Positions 13,506 through 26,819 of a stretch of DNA of 64,000 bases are shown in pieces. Under the pieces are notes generated by a model. That model did no database searches, had not been told where the DNA came from, and saw only the letters and a program-made list of their open reading frames with translations. Source of the DNA: Octopus sinensis. Taxonomy: Eukaryota. Where the stretch lies: positions 44,950,001 through 45,014,000 of the forward strand of contig NC_043006.1 of NCBI RefSeq assembly GCF_006345805.1. The letters are read 5' to 3'. The position numbers and the translations under genes are program-made. How positions within the stretch are numbered: position 1 is the first letter of the stretch; the number at the start of each line of letters is the position of its first letter.

Positions 13506-13637
13506 CTTTAAATAAAGGCACCATTCTCCATACTGTGATTGGTCCCTGCCTGTGAAATTGCCCAAGGACCAGTTCCATGAAGAATAAAGGTAAGGCCAAT
13601 AGTAGAAGTACAGAGAAGTATGGTATGAGAAAGGCAC
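13506..13637 (-). CDS. SLC6 monoamine transporter, coding exon: TM2/IL1
   Basis: Found by manual translation. Acceptor ttaatcttcacag|GT, donor AAAG|gtacgt; 132 nt, phase 1/1. Encodes (G)[43 protein letters not shown](G), in frame with both neighbouring exons. Confidence 0.95.
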
Positions 13638-13774
13638 CTGTGAAGATTAAGATTGAGAATTACATGTTATAGCATAGATACAGCAGCAGTAGTTTATTGC
13701 AAATATATTCGGTCTGAAGTAAAAAGAAAAAGCAACATTTCCGTGTTAAATAAATAAACAAATTAATAATAATA

Positions 13775-13821
<47 letters not shown>

Positions 13822-13822
<1 letters not shown>

Positions 13823-14378
13823 ATGCCCTGGTGCAGTACCAGGCAGTGGCTCTCGTGGCTTCTGATCTTAACTGATTGGAAGTGTTATCATGTACATTGT
13901 TTTGTCTTGGTATAAAAGATGGGCTACAGCAAATATTCTGCTCAATACAACAGATTTGCTTGCCAGTTGTTTGACCTTAACTTGTTGAGTATGTCCCTTA
14001 GTGGCTGACGATATCTGCATCTCTGATCTCAAGCAGAAGTAGTTGGGGAGCATCATAGCCATGTGTTGAGAGGGATTCTTTGGGGTTTGAATAATTTACC
14101 CCTGGAAACATGGGTGTTTCGTTCAACATTCTTAAACAACCCTTATTCCGGGAACTTTTGAGTGGGATGGGCTACCCGACCAGAAGAAAATTCTAACTGG
14201 GCCCCACCTACAAGGTGATGTGCTGTTTATCTTGATATAAGATCACCATGTCGCGCACATATGATTGTGATGCATGTGCCTGGTGTACCCTTATCAAACG
14301 GGTAATCATGATGGGTATACTGGGCTTCGTATATTTTACCCCAGTGTCACTTTGATGGCATGCACTGCTTTCTCACGC
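13822..14378 (+). mobile_element. Family D retroposon, copy 2 (longest)
   Basis: aatgccctggtgcagtaccagg...gcactgctttctcacgc, inside (AAT)n on both sides. Confidence 0.85.
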
Positions 14379-14437
<59 letters not shown>

Positions 14438-15041
14438 TAACAACGACAACAACAGCAACAACAATAACAACAATAATAAACAGAAATTAACTACCCATCA
14501 TAGTCTTTGCTCCCATCGGATAGTCTAATCCTTCGCTACCCAAGTCAACTCACATCACACCAAAAGGCCTTCCCATAAGTCTTCTTGTACTTCAAGTCAG
14601 AAAATGGAAGGATTTGCAACAGTTTTCCATTGACGATTCTTGAAAAACTTGCTTCAACTCTAATCCCTCTGGGACATCTAAGAATCTTTTCTGCATACCT
14701 CTCACACAACCAAAAGACCACAATAAGCACTCACATCTTTAAGTGGTCCGCATGCAGTGGTTGACCAGCAGTTGCTATAACAACTTATAATAATGATATC
14801 CACGATTACCAACTGCAATGCCGAGAAGATGATTGCCGACAACGTAGATGTAGCTTTCGTGAATTACGCAACCTGACGGAGTATATTACATAACGCATAA
14901 TAATAGACATATTATGATTATTATGTCGGTTGTAAATTAAAAAAATACCAGCTGAAAATGTATTAGAAGCAGAAATGCTTGTTTTTTACATCGAGTAAAA
15001 TAAAAAGATAGTGGACGAAATTCATTTAGTTGCTCTTTCTC

Positions 15042-15084
<43 letters not shown>

Positions 15085-16084
15085 CGACGACGATGACGAT
15101 GATGAGGACCATTACGATGACGCTGGTAGTGTTGAAGGTGCCGATGGTCCAGCTGAAGTGCAAACAGGATGTGTTAAATCGATTGTCAAAATTTTCGCAT
15201 GGATAACCTAATAATATCGCCTCAGTGAGAAACAAAAGCTTATTTTCACAAATGTCAAGTGAACACGAGTCACAGGTTTTCAAACACAGTCTTGCTGGAT
15301 ATAAATTCATTCGTCTGCTTGCCTTGTATTCGTATACTTTTTCTGCGTAGTCAGTTCACATCATTTAAATTTTAAATCAAGCGGCGTTCTTTCATTTATA
15401 TCTGACACAAAGAGTTCACGTGAAGAAAAATGTGACCAGAAAGTTTCTAATTTGTCAACTATTTCCCAATACCAATGATGTTTATAACCGCTACGATTAC
15501 TGCGCATTGTAACTAATATGCATATTCACATATCTCTATGTGTATGTATATATATGCATTTATCTAGCTATCGATTTATCCTTATATATACATATACGAC
15601 GGGCTTCTTTCAGTTTCTTTTTTTCTTTATTGCCGATAAGGGGCTTAAACATAGAGGGGACAAACTAGGACAGACAAACGGATTAAGTCGATTATATCGA
15701 CCCCAATGCGTAACTGGTACTTAATTTATCGACCCTGAAAGGATGAAAGGCAAAGTCGACCGCGGCGGAATTTGAACGTAACGGCAGACGAAATACGGCT
15801 ACGCATTTCACCCGGCGTGCTAACGTTTCTGCCAGCTCACTGCCTTTCGGTTTCTTTCAGTGTCAGGGCTTCTTTCAGTTTCTGTCTACCAAATCCACTT
15901 ACAAGGCTTTGGTCGGCCCGAGGCTATAGTAGAAGACATTTGCCCAAGTTTCCACGTAGTGGGACTGAACCCAGAACCATGTGCTCGGTAAGCAATCTAT
16001 TTACCACACAGTCACTCCTGCGCCTTTTCCCTTCTCCCTAGCTCTCCTGTGTGACCCTTCTGTCCGGCATTCGCCATGATAGAT

Positions 16085-16262
16085 CGCTAGCCACTACACA
16101 TTCTTTATTTTCTCTCCTTGTTTCTTTCTGTGTTCCATTCTGTGGAAGAGCGTAGGGTCGAAACGTTAAAGACTTTTTCACTTCCCGAGCGTTATACTAA
16201 TACATCTGTTTGTTGTCTACACCACCTGTCTTCGTCTTTTGAGGGTTTTTTTTGTGAATTCT
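16085..16262 (+). mobile_element. Short Penelope-related element ('family E') with a degenerate hammerhead-like motif at 16135-16174
   Basis: Aligns to 55548-55718 (minus) and partly to 52262-52335 (minus); contains gaagagcgtagggtcgaaacgtta. Confidence 0.65.
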
Positions 16263-16466
16263 CCCTGTAGATATATATATACACACACACTACAAATCTC
16301 TCTGTGAACAGAATATTAAACCGATCAAGGACTAAGGTTTGTAATTCGTCAAATCACATTTTGTTCTGCCTATGGAAGGGGTATATAAAACTCTGCATTA
16401 CATTTTTATGTCTATTAGAGTTACACGTCAGATTGCAATACACACACACACGCACGCGCACACACA

Positions 16467-16544
<78 letters not shown>

Positions 16545-16918
16545 TACATACATTAGCAACATCTCTTGCAATGCTACTCACGGGAGTGGAAGCATCTACA
16601 GAATTGTTTTGCTCTTGACTGATCTGAAAATAGATCAACGCATGTAATTTGTCAAACGTAACTCGGAGTATCAGTTGGGTGAAATGTCGCCTTTCACTAA
16701 GTAAATTAACATCCATCTGCTGCAGCATGTAATGCTTACATCTGAAACCGCCCAATGCAAAAAAAAAATGAATAATAAATAAATACCATATTGATATGTA
16801 ATATAAACAGAACAGACGATATAAGAAATAGTAGTTCTAAATTTTGGCACAAGGCTCGATTTCATCGATCCCCCAATGTTCAACTGGTATTTATTTTATT
16901 GATTCCTGAAGGGTGAAA

Positions 16919-17209
16919 GGCAAAGTCGACTCGGCGGAATTTGAACTCAGAACGTAAAGACGGACGAAATGCCGCGAAGCAATATGTTTAGGCAAAGCCA
17001 ACCTCGGCAGAATTTGAACTCAGAACGTAAAGAGAGACGAAATGCCGCGAAGCAAAATGTTTAGGCAAAGCCAACCTCGGCAGAATTTGAACTCAGAACG
17101 TAAAGACGGACGAAATGCCGCTCAGCAAAATGTTTAGGCAAAGCCAACCTCGGCAGAATTTGAACTCAGAACGTAAAGACGGACGAAATGCCGCTCAGCA
17201 AAATGTTTA
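16919..17209. repeat. Minisatellite, 4 x 73 bp, derived from the SINE-A B-box segment
   Basis: Units start at 16919, 16991, 17064 and 17137 (ggcaaagccaacctcggcagaatttgaactcagaacgtaaag...). Confidence 0.9.
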
Positions 17210-18055
17210 GGCAAACGAATTTGCCTTCCATCCTTTCAGGAATCAACAAAATAAGTACCAGTTGAGCACTGGGGTCGATGAAATCGATTTAACATCGCCT
17301 CCGTAATTGCTGACCGTGTGCCAAAATTTGAAATCAATATTAATAGTGTTTCTGTCGTTCCTTTTAGTCATCGGACTGCGGTCATGGTGGGGCACCGCTT
17401 TCCTTGGACAAATCGATCTCAGTACTTATTTATTTAAAAGTCTGCTACTTATGCTATTGCTCTATTTTACAGAACCGATAGGTTTCGCGAACGTAAAAAA
17501 TATCAACACCTGATGTCAAGCGGTGGAGAGCACGCACAATACACACATACACAGACACACACACACACACACATACATATTTGATACCCTTGCACGCAAT
17601 TTCCCCCTAATCAATTGATCGCTCTGGGGCCATAGTAGATGACACATGCCCAAGGTGCAGCGCAATAGGACTGAATCTGAAGCCACGCGTATGCAAAAGC
17701 GAATTCATTAACCACACAGTTAGGTCTGTGCCTACAACTGAATATAATTATATATCTATTTAAATTTCCAAACGACAGTGAAAAACATACGTTTGTTTCA
17801 GAATTTTACAATTGATTCATTATATTCACGATCTTTATCAACCTCATTAAAACAGATACCTCGATCTATTTTCGTTCTTCTTCCCTTCCTCGACATTCTC
17901 CTCTTACTTCACTTCCTCCTGTCGACGTCGTCGTCGTCGTCGTCGTCATTGTGTTTCTAAATAACTTCTTGTCATCTTTATTACTGTGAATGCTATTGCT
18001 TTTGGTGTTTTTGTTTTTATTCCCTTTCTTACTACTGTTATAATAGTAGTAGTAA

Positions 18056-18088
<33 letters not shown>

Positions 18089-19988
18089 CAGCAGCAGTAG
18101 CAGCAGCAGGAGTAGTAGTAGTTTTTGTTCTTGTATGTATGTATGTATATATTGTTTAATCAAAGCTAAACGTAAAACAATGTCTTTGCCAGAACAATGA
18201 ACACTGAAAAATTCATTCAAAATTTCGTATCGACATGTATTTAAAAATACAAAAAAAAAAATAATAAAATAAAACCACATATTATGGAGCTACGACTGTA
18301 CAAATTAACCAATAGTAAGCCAACTATTTCAGAGATCCAATTGTGCAAACCGGCCGATTGACAAACATAGATTTTGGAGTTTAGATTTTATCAGTCAATC
18401 AATATATGTAATGTTACTTTGTATCAATCAGCTTAGTTGTGAGAGGTTTGTGAATGTTCTGTAAAGATTTACAAACTCACTTCAGCTTCCGCGCATTGTA
18501 ATAGAAGATAGGTAAATCGTACATTTCTTAGAAAGCATCCAAATGATTTTAGTTTCCTCAAATTGCAGACGGCCAATCACCTGCTCAATAGAAAAAAAGC
18601 CAGTATATTGTCCTTAACTATATATTTTTTAATTCTTCTCATTATTGATCTTGTATGTAAATGAATGTTTGTATAATGTATAGCAATATATGTTATAACT
18701 GTAGGCCATCTTCGTCGAGCGAAATGAGGCTGAATGCCGTGTTTTGTATGATTCTTTGTCAAAAAGTACATAATGTAATTTTTATATATTTATTTGTTTT
18801 CTGTGTACAATCTAAGTTTATTTTAGTCTTTGAATATACTCTAGCATTCGCCTAATATAGACTAAATATTCCATTTACAAACTTTTCAGAATTGTACACT
18901 TAATTGACTTATAACCATAAAAGGTTTTCTTTCCTTTTCTCCCAACAACTTAACCATCGTTTGTTTCAGACGCAATGAAAACTTTTGCCGCCAACGCATA
19001 TTTATGGAAAAACAATTATTCTTTCGTTTGATCGATTTCACTTACTTTTATTCTTTAAATCCATAAATTATTTGTTAATTTCTTCATAGATTTACACAGA
19101 ACAATTGTTTATATCCATTTTTTTTTCTTAATTTTTCGATGTGTAATTTAATGGGGAAAATGATGGTACAGCTGTACCTAAGCCAACTAAGGATATACGA
19201 AGTTTAATCTTAATTAAATATATATATAATATATATTTATTTTTAGCATTTACTTGTTTCATTTATTGAACTGCGGCCATGCTGGGGCATCGCTTTGGAA
19301 AGTTAAACGAGCACATCGACTACAAAACTTATTCTATTGGTCTTTTTGCCGAACCGCTAAGTTACGGGGGCGTAAACAAACCAACACCAGTTACTAAGCA
19401 TTACTGGTGACAAACAAAAAACCCAAAGACATACACACACACATATGGCGAATTTCTTTAAGCTTCCGCCATCCAAATCGACTTACAAAGATTTATTCCA
19501 CCAGGAGCTATAGTAGAAGACACCTACGTAGAAGACACCACGTAGCCTGATTGAACCAAAAATGACATGGTTGGGAAGTAAGCTTTTGGACCACGTAACC
19601 ACTCTAGTGTCTCTTTTACTCTTTTACATGTTTCAGTCATTTGACTGAGGCCATGCTGGAGCACAGCCTTTTAGTCGAGCAAATCGACCATCTTAGTGGA
19701 TTAGGTAAAATCACACAAATAAATTCTATATATTTATTTGTTTATTTATGCAGTTGAGGATAGTTCTGCATTTAAATTGATGTAATGATTGTATTGTTCA
19801 ATTAAATGGAATTGCTTGAAACGATCGTACTGCATCACATCTGGATATTCTGTTGCTAATTTTGATTTTTGCTTTTATTCACCTTATTTGAAACTACGAA
19901 TAATTCCGCACTAATTTTTGGTGCCTCAACTTAAGTATCTAATTTATCTGAATCTCAATTATTTTGCTTATGTATGTATATATATATA

Positions 19989-20028
<40 letters not shown>

Positions 20029-20032
20029 TATG

Positions 20033-20081
<49 letters not shown>

Positions 20082-20093
20082 TATATATATATA

Positions 20094-20250
20094 GGCGCAG
20101 GAGTGGCTGTGTAAGGGGCTTGCTTACCAACCACATGGCTCCGGTTCAGTCCCACTGCGTGGCACCTTGGGCAAGTGCCTTCTACTATAGCCTATGGCCG
20201 ACCAATGCTTTGTGAGTGGATTTGGTAGGAGAAACTGAAAGAAGCCCGTC

Positions 20251-20314
<64 letters not shown>

Positions 20315-20505
20315 GTGTGAGTGTTGTGTCCACCATCGTTTGACGACCGATGCTGGTGTGTTTACGTCCCCATAACTTGGTGGTTCGGCAAAAGAGACCG
20401 ATAGAATAAGTACTAGGCTTACAAAGAATAAGTCCTGGGTTTTTTCGACTAGAGACGGTGCTCCAGCATAGCCGCAGTCAAGTCAGTGAAACGAATAAAA
20501 GAATA
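20094..20505 (+). mobile_element. CORE-type tRNA SINE ('family C', probably octopus OR2-like) with internal (TA)n(TG)n
   Basis: tRNA-like head, then gtggcaccttgggcaagtgccttctactatagc (CORE-like), microsatellite and conserved 3' part. Partial copies at ~11.3, 15.9, 17.4, 19.3, 30.3, 45.8 and 63.8 kb. Confidence 0.8.
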
Positions 20506-21016
20506 TTCTTTCATTCATAATACAGGCTATAGAGTGACAGAAACAGTAGGCTAGTGTACCTATACTATATAGCTTTATAATACACATTTACGTTTCTTCA
20601 GGTTTTCGTGTTAGATCGCACGTTTGACCTTGCATATATTCTCAGTAGAGTTTATAAAATACGTAGCAACCATATATTGAGTCGGTTCAGTCAACTGGGG
20701 ACTCTTCACAAAAGATAATCACGCTGTGAACAAAGTCCTCAATTCAGTTTTTGTTTCTTTCTTTTGAAATGACTTCATCTACGAGGCCGTTAGGTGTACG
20801 TTATAAATGAACAATGTATTTCCCATTTCCCGCTCCCTTAAAATACAACGTCATTATGCTTACCCCACCGAAATAAACAGTGTAATCCTTATGAGTTCTA
20901 TCATAAAAAAAGGAAGAAAAATTGTCTGTAGAAGTCGAAAACATGTTTATCCTTTTCTGGTGAAAGATTTCGCCTCATTTAGACAACTGAGAACTTCAGA
21001 AAGCTAAGAGTATGCA

Positions 21017-21500
21017 CAGTAATCCCTCGCCTATCTTGAGTGTTACGTTCCAAAAAACCCCGCGATATGGGAAGTAGAAATAGTACTGTACTATATATAT
21101 ATTTTATTACTTTTATAATTTGTATATATTTATTTTATTACAAATGCAAAGCAACACCACACACTCACCTCCCGAGTTTCGTTTTCGATACAATATATGT
21201 GATTTTTTATTTACTCATCTACAGTACTCTACGTATTTTCTTTTGATATATTTTAATTGAAGGGTTATACAGTGCAGGACTGTACTATATTTTTATTTAT
21301 TAATTCATTAATTTTTAGGCGTGAACATGCTTATTTTACCACAGAAATAATTAGAATCTAAAAGATATAAATACCTATCGGCCGCAGAAACTCGCGATAT
21401 ATTGAGGAGTCCGCGATGTAGATTTACATATATTAGTCAGAAAGATCCACGATGTACTGAGAGCGCGATAGGTGAACCGCAATATGGCGAGTGATTACTG
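21017..21500. mobile_element. pogo/Tigger-like MITE
   Basis: TIRs cagtaatccctcgcc / ggcgagtgattactg followed by TA; a solo right end lies at ~13325-13361. Confidence 0.75.
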
Positions 21501-21775
21501 TATATCGAATCACAGCATTTCCTCTCTCTTATAAACATAAGGTATCGTTCGTAGTTTAACATACAAATAATAGTAAAGTTCGTTACCAATTCAGTAAAGC
21601 AGTTTCGATTCCCGGTTGAAGCTAGTTTATTCATGGACCTATTTACGAAACCCATATATATTAATTGGTGTAATAAGTAAACAGAGGAAACCTCAGTTGC
21701 TAACAGTTTTTGTTTTGCTTTTGATACTCTTCAGACAAAGTCAAGTCTATGAGCATATATATATATATATATATC

Positions 21776-21829
<54 letters not shown>

Positions 21830-21966
21830 TGTATGTATGTATGTATGTATGTATGTATGTATGTATGTATATATGTATGTATGTATGTATGTGTGTATGT
21901 ATGTGTGTATGTATGTGTGTATGTATGTATGTATGTATGTATGTATGTATGTATGTATGTATGTAT

Positions 21967-23140
21967 GCAAGCATCAGAGAATGCATTCAAAATGTGTTGC
22001 ATATCAATCTCTGTGTGTGCTACTAGGTCACAATCATCTGCATACAAAAGGTCTCTTATGATAGAGGTAAATACCTTTTTTATGCAGATGATTGTGAGCT
22101 AGTAGCACACATAGAGATTGATATGCAACACATTTTGAATGCATTCTCTGATGCTTGCACTGCCTTAGGATTGACAGTCAATCTCAAGAAAACTGTTGTC
22201 ATGTATCAACCTGCCTTGGTAAGCAGTATAGTGTACCAAATATCTATGTGTATGGTAAACGACTTGATGTAGTTGATCAGTTTGTCTACTTGGGAAGTAC
22301 TATTAATAGATATAGCAATTTGGATGATGAAATTCCATATAGAATTAGGAAAGCAAGTGTTGCTTTCGGAAGGCTAGAAAAGCGCCTCTGGAGTCGGCGA
22401 GACATATGCAGAAAGACAAAGATAAAGGTGTACAAGGCATGTGTGCTCCCTTCCCTTCTCTATGCCTGCGAGACGTGGGTCATATATCGATACCACCTTA
22501 AACAACTGGAACGTTTCCATCAGATGTGCCTCAGACGGATCTATGGCATTAAGTGGAAGGACCGCACCAGTGATCTTGAAATATTGGAAGGCTCTCGGTG
22601 TGAAAGTATAGAAGCTCTTGTGTTAAAGCAAAGGCTCAGATGGAGTGGTCATCTGGTCAGGATGAAGGATTCAAGGATGCCAAAACAACTCTTTTATGGA
22701 AAGTTAGCTAAAGGAGAACGACCTCCACATAAACCAAAAAAGAGGTATAAGGACTTGCTGAAGGCTTCCTTAAGAGATGCTTGCATCTCTCCTGACACAT
22801 GGGAAGGCATAGCTATTGATCGTAGCAGGTGGAGAAGGATTGTGCATGAGAGGACAGCCACTTTTGAGAAATCTCGAGTTGCACATGAGAAAGTAAGGAG
22901 GGATGTCAAGAAGGGCATCGCTGTTACACTTCCAGAAGGGAAGGGTCTTCCTTTGATGCTGACATGCAATGTCTGTGCAAGACCCTGCCTCAGTAAAGCT
23001 GGACTCAAGAGTCATCTTCGTAGTCATAAAGCGAGACAGATGAGTGACAACCTACCACTGGTGGTGGTGTAACACACCATACTAATCATATCTGTCGGGC
23101 ATGTGGAAGAGAGTGTAATTCGGCAGGAGGACTTAAACGA
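21967..23140 (+). mobile_element. 5'-truncated RTE-clade LINE with inverted 5' segment
   Basis: YADD, FVYLGS, LRWSGHLVRM..RMPKQLFYG, C-terminal C2H2 (CNVC..LKSHLRSH); 21967-22067 is the YADD region in reverse orientation. Confidence 0.92.
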
Positions 23141-23354
23141 CATACAAAGGTACATGAAGCCCAGTTACAGCTACAGCCGGCTATTACCGGTAAAGGTTTT
23201 AGTTGCCAATTTTGTACAAGACATTGTAGATCTTTGGCTGGGCTAAAAAGTCACATTCAATCACAGCACCAGTAACAGTTACGCTTCGTGCAATGGCCAT
23301 ACTCGATAACGAGGGGGCAGCCATAATGTATGTATGCATGTATGCATGCATGTA

Positions 23355-24330
23355 TGTGTCATGGGTTGGACAGAAAGAATACAATGAGATAAGTTAGACG
23401 AAAGCAAAGTAAAAGGGAAAGTAGACGAAAACTGAACGGACGTGAAATTAGTTAGACAACGACAAGTTTCACGGAAAATTCGTAGTTGACTTTTCCTCTT
23501 CACTCAAAGACGCAAAATATAACAGTTTCACACCAATTACCTTTGATACTTCTCAGTTTTGCACGCGCCAGTACTTTTATTAAGCTACTGGGAAAAAGCT
23601 AGCGAATGTGTACTAAGATAGAAACAAACAAAACATTATATAAATACAGTTGACAACGAATTATGCATATATAACAGCACGAAGGCTTACGGCTATATAC
23701 AAGCAAAGAAAAAATAGTAATAATTATACAGATACCATAAATACAACAGAGAGAACTTTGCAGGTCTCGAAAAAACTACGTGTATTTTCACAGAGAGAAA
23801 ATAGTGCAAGTCCTAGAGGACAGAACGGACATAGCAAGAGTGCGACCACTCTGGTCAAAGGTAGGGCAAAAAAAGAACTATGCCGCTTTTCCTGGGGACC
23901 GATTACGTGGTATGGAACAGGAAGTGTTGAGAGAGGGAAAGAGGGGGCGGCAGAGAGAACGAATGACAGAGGTAGAAAGAGAAGGGAAATGACAAGGTGA
24001 GAGAGATTGAAGGAGCAGAGTAAGAAAGAGAAAGAGGGGAAGGTACAAGGGAGACAAGTGATGGCGGAAAGAGAGGGTCAGGATGGAGACTCTTTCTCCA
24101 TCCTTACCCTCAATAAAAGTACTGGCGCCTGCAAAATTGAGCAGTATCAAATGTGGTTGGCGTGAAACTTGATATTTTGCGTCTTTGACTGAAAAGGAAA
24201 ACTTAGCTGCGAATATTCCGTGTATCTTGTCAAATTACCCGTCTATTTAGTTTTAATCTACTTTACAGTTTACTCTGCTTTCGTCTTACTTTTAGCCTTG
24301 TTGTATTCTTTCTGCTCAACCCTTGATACA
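23355..24330. mobile_element. Old non-autonomous element with ~190-bp diverged TIRs (TGT...ACA termini; Ginger-like?)
   Basis: 23355-23540 aligns, with many mismatches, to the reverse complement of 24155-24330; no TSD seen. Confidence 0.55.
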
Positions 24331-25077
24331 TCCATGTTGCACAATGCACATCGTTAGTTTACTTATATATATATATATATATATGAATGAAGGCAGAGCA
24401 TCTCTTATGCAAAGCCAGAAATCCGGGATCTGGAATTATTCAGCAATTTTTTTGCTAGTTTATTTTGTCTCGCTGTGAACAAAGTCCTCAATCCAGTTTT
24501 TGTTTATTTCTTTTGAAATGACTTCACATACGAGGCCTATAGGTCTACGTTATAAATGAACAATACAATTCCCATTTCCCGCTCGCTTAAAATACTGTTA
24601 TATTGTTATACCTGGGAAGGACATATTTTACCATTTAAACACAGGCACTATATATTTCGACTTCACTTCAGCTTTATTATTGTTATTATTATTTTAGCCT
24701 TTTTGTCAAAGCTTTTTCATCACACGTCCTATGACCTCTCCATCAGGTCTTTATCCCACGTGTCTCCTCTTACTCTGGTTACTCCATTTGTCTTTTTGCG
24801 GTATGTATTCTTAATCAGTGCATGCGTTTGCATCTGTCGTGTGTGTGTGTGTGTCTGTGCGTGTGTATGTATGTATGTATGTATGTATGTATGTATGTAT
24901 GTATGTATGTATGTATGTATGTATGTATGCATGTATGTATGTATGTATGTATGTATGTATGTATGTATGTATGTATGTATGCATGTATGTATGTATGTAT
25001 GTGTTCTGTACGTGCCTGTGTGTTTTCTGTGCGTTTATAGGAATTTACTTACTGCACTTTTTGTACACATTCTTTTA

Positions 25078-25298
25078 TTTGTTTCAGTCATTTGACTGCG
25101 GCCATACTGGAGTACTGCCTTTAATCGAATAGATTGAGCTCAGGACTTATTCTTTGTAAGCCTAGTACTTATTCTATCGGTCCCTTTTGCCGAACCGCTA
25201 TTTTACGGAGACGTAAACACACCAGCATCGGTTGTCAAGCAATGCTAGGGGGACAAACACAGGCACACACACACACACATGCACACACACACACACAT

Positions 25299-25344
<46 letters not shown>

Positions 25345-25487
25345 GACGGGCTTCTTTCAGTTTCCGCCTACCAAATCCACTCACAAGGGTTTGGTCGGCC
25401 TGAGGCTACACTAGATGACACTTACCAGGGACTGAACCCGTGACCATATGGTTGGTAAGCAAGCTTCTTACCTCACAGCAACACTGT
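25078..25487 (-). mobile_element. CORE-type SINE family C, near full length
   Basis: Reverse complement of the 20094-20505 architecture, including the internal microsatellite. Confidence 0.8.
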
Positions 25488-25628
25488 ACCTATGTTTATT
25501 ATTTATTTTATTCATTCTTTATTTCTTTATTTATTTCTGTTTTTGTCTTTCTCATTCTCTGTAGAAAGAAAACACATACATGTGGACACAAATACATATA
25601 CAAAGCACATAGAGTCTCTCTCTCGTGT

Positions 25629-25665
<37 letters not shown>

Positions 25666-25816
25666 ACATGCCCACTCGCATGTGCAGATAAAGATAAATA
25701 CAACAGAAACATAAAACGGAGTAAGCAGAACAAGAGAAAAATACGTTGAAGAAAGACAAGTTGGAGAAACGTCTATGAGTGAGGTCGCAGGATTTGCGAC
25801 CTCACCTTTTGACACG

Positions 25817-25856
<40 letters not shown>

Positions 25857-25982
25857 CAACAAATCTGTAATGAAGCCGAAATATATGGTGCATGTATTTA
25901 ATTGGCAAAATAGGACTATATACAAGTGAACTAATACTCGATTCGCACACGTTTTCACCTGACAAATATAAGTAAATATTAT

Positions 25983-26606
25983 AAAACATTATTGGTGAAT
26001 TGAAGAAATGGAGCTGAACGCAGATTGAACAGAAATCGTTTTATTTCATTCTACACGTGTTTCGAAAGCACAAATTACCAAAATCCGGTTGAATATGGGA
26101 CCATATGTGTCTTTCTCTTCAGGAAGAAAAAAGGAAATCCGTTAGAAACAAAAACAGAACAGAGGCGGGCAAAAACCAAATCGAACTATGCTCTAAGAGC
26201 CCATGGCGAAATGTTTATCAGTGTATCTGAGAACGGTGGCTGAAGAATTCTACAGGCAGCACGGTCAATCATGTGGGTGAGGGTGTATCTATACACCCTC
26301 ACCACATGATTGACCGATGCCGACCTGTAGAATTCTTTCAGCCACGGTTTCTCAGCATACACTGATAAACAGTTTCGCCATGGGCTCTTAGGAGCATAGT
26401 TCGATTTGGTTTTTGCTCCGCTGCGTTCTGTTTGTTTCTCTAACGATTTCCTTTTTTCTTCCTGAAGAGAAAGACACAATATGGTCCCATTATTCAACGG
26501 GATTTTGGTAATTTGTGCCTTTCGAACCAAGTGTGTAGAATGAAATAAAACGATTTCTGTTCAATCTGCGTTCAGCTCCATTTCTTCAATTCCCAATAAT
26601 GTTTAT
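25983..26606. repeat. ~620-bp palindrome, arms ~305 bp, 2-nt spacer
   Basis: Centre gggtgtat-ct-atacaccc (26281-26298); the outer ~60 bp of the arms are near-identical, the inner parts differ mostly by 1-nt indels. Confidence 0.95.
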
Positions 26607-26740
26607 TTCAATATCCGCACCAACGCACTGTGCAACGCCAGATGGTTGTACCCAACCGTGCTGTTTTGCTGTGATTTTGCTAAGGTATCGTGTTAATTTG
26701 ATAATCTACAACAAGATTATTCATCTTTCTATTTCACATA

Positions 26741-26819
<79 letters not shown>

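Noticed and set aside
13383-13637. ORF-track peptide [10 protein letters not shown]...
   Set aside because: Wrong frame of the real 132-nt transporter exon.
13822-13900. Possible HDV-like ribozyme at the 5' end of family D
   Set aside because: Only a simple hairpin (tgccctgg..ccaggca); too short between P1 strands to fit P2/P3/L3.
14545-14730. Non-repetitive 61-aa minus ORF
   Set aside because: No recognisable motif or convincing splice context; probably an old TE remnant.
18481-18580. 100-nt exon-like segment on the minus strand (ttttctattgagcag|...|gtgagt)
   Set aside because: No SLC6 similarity and gives an immediate stop in phase 1. A poison exon is possible, but chance occurrence in a 23-kb intron is likely; needs RNA-seq.
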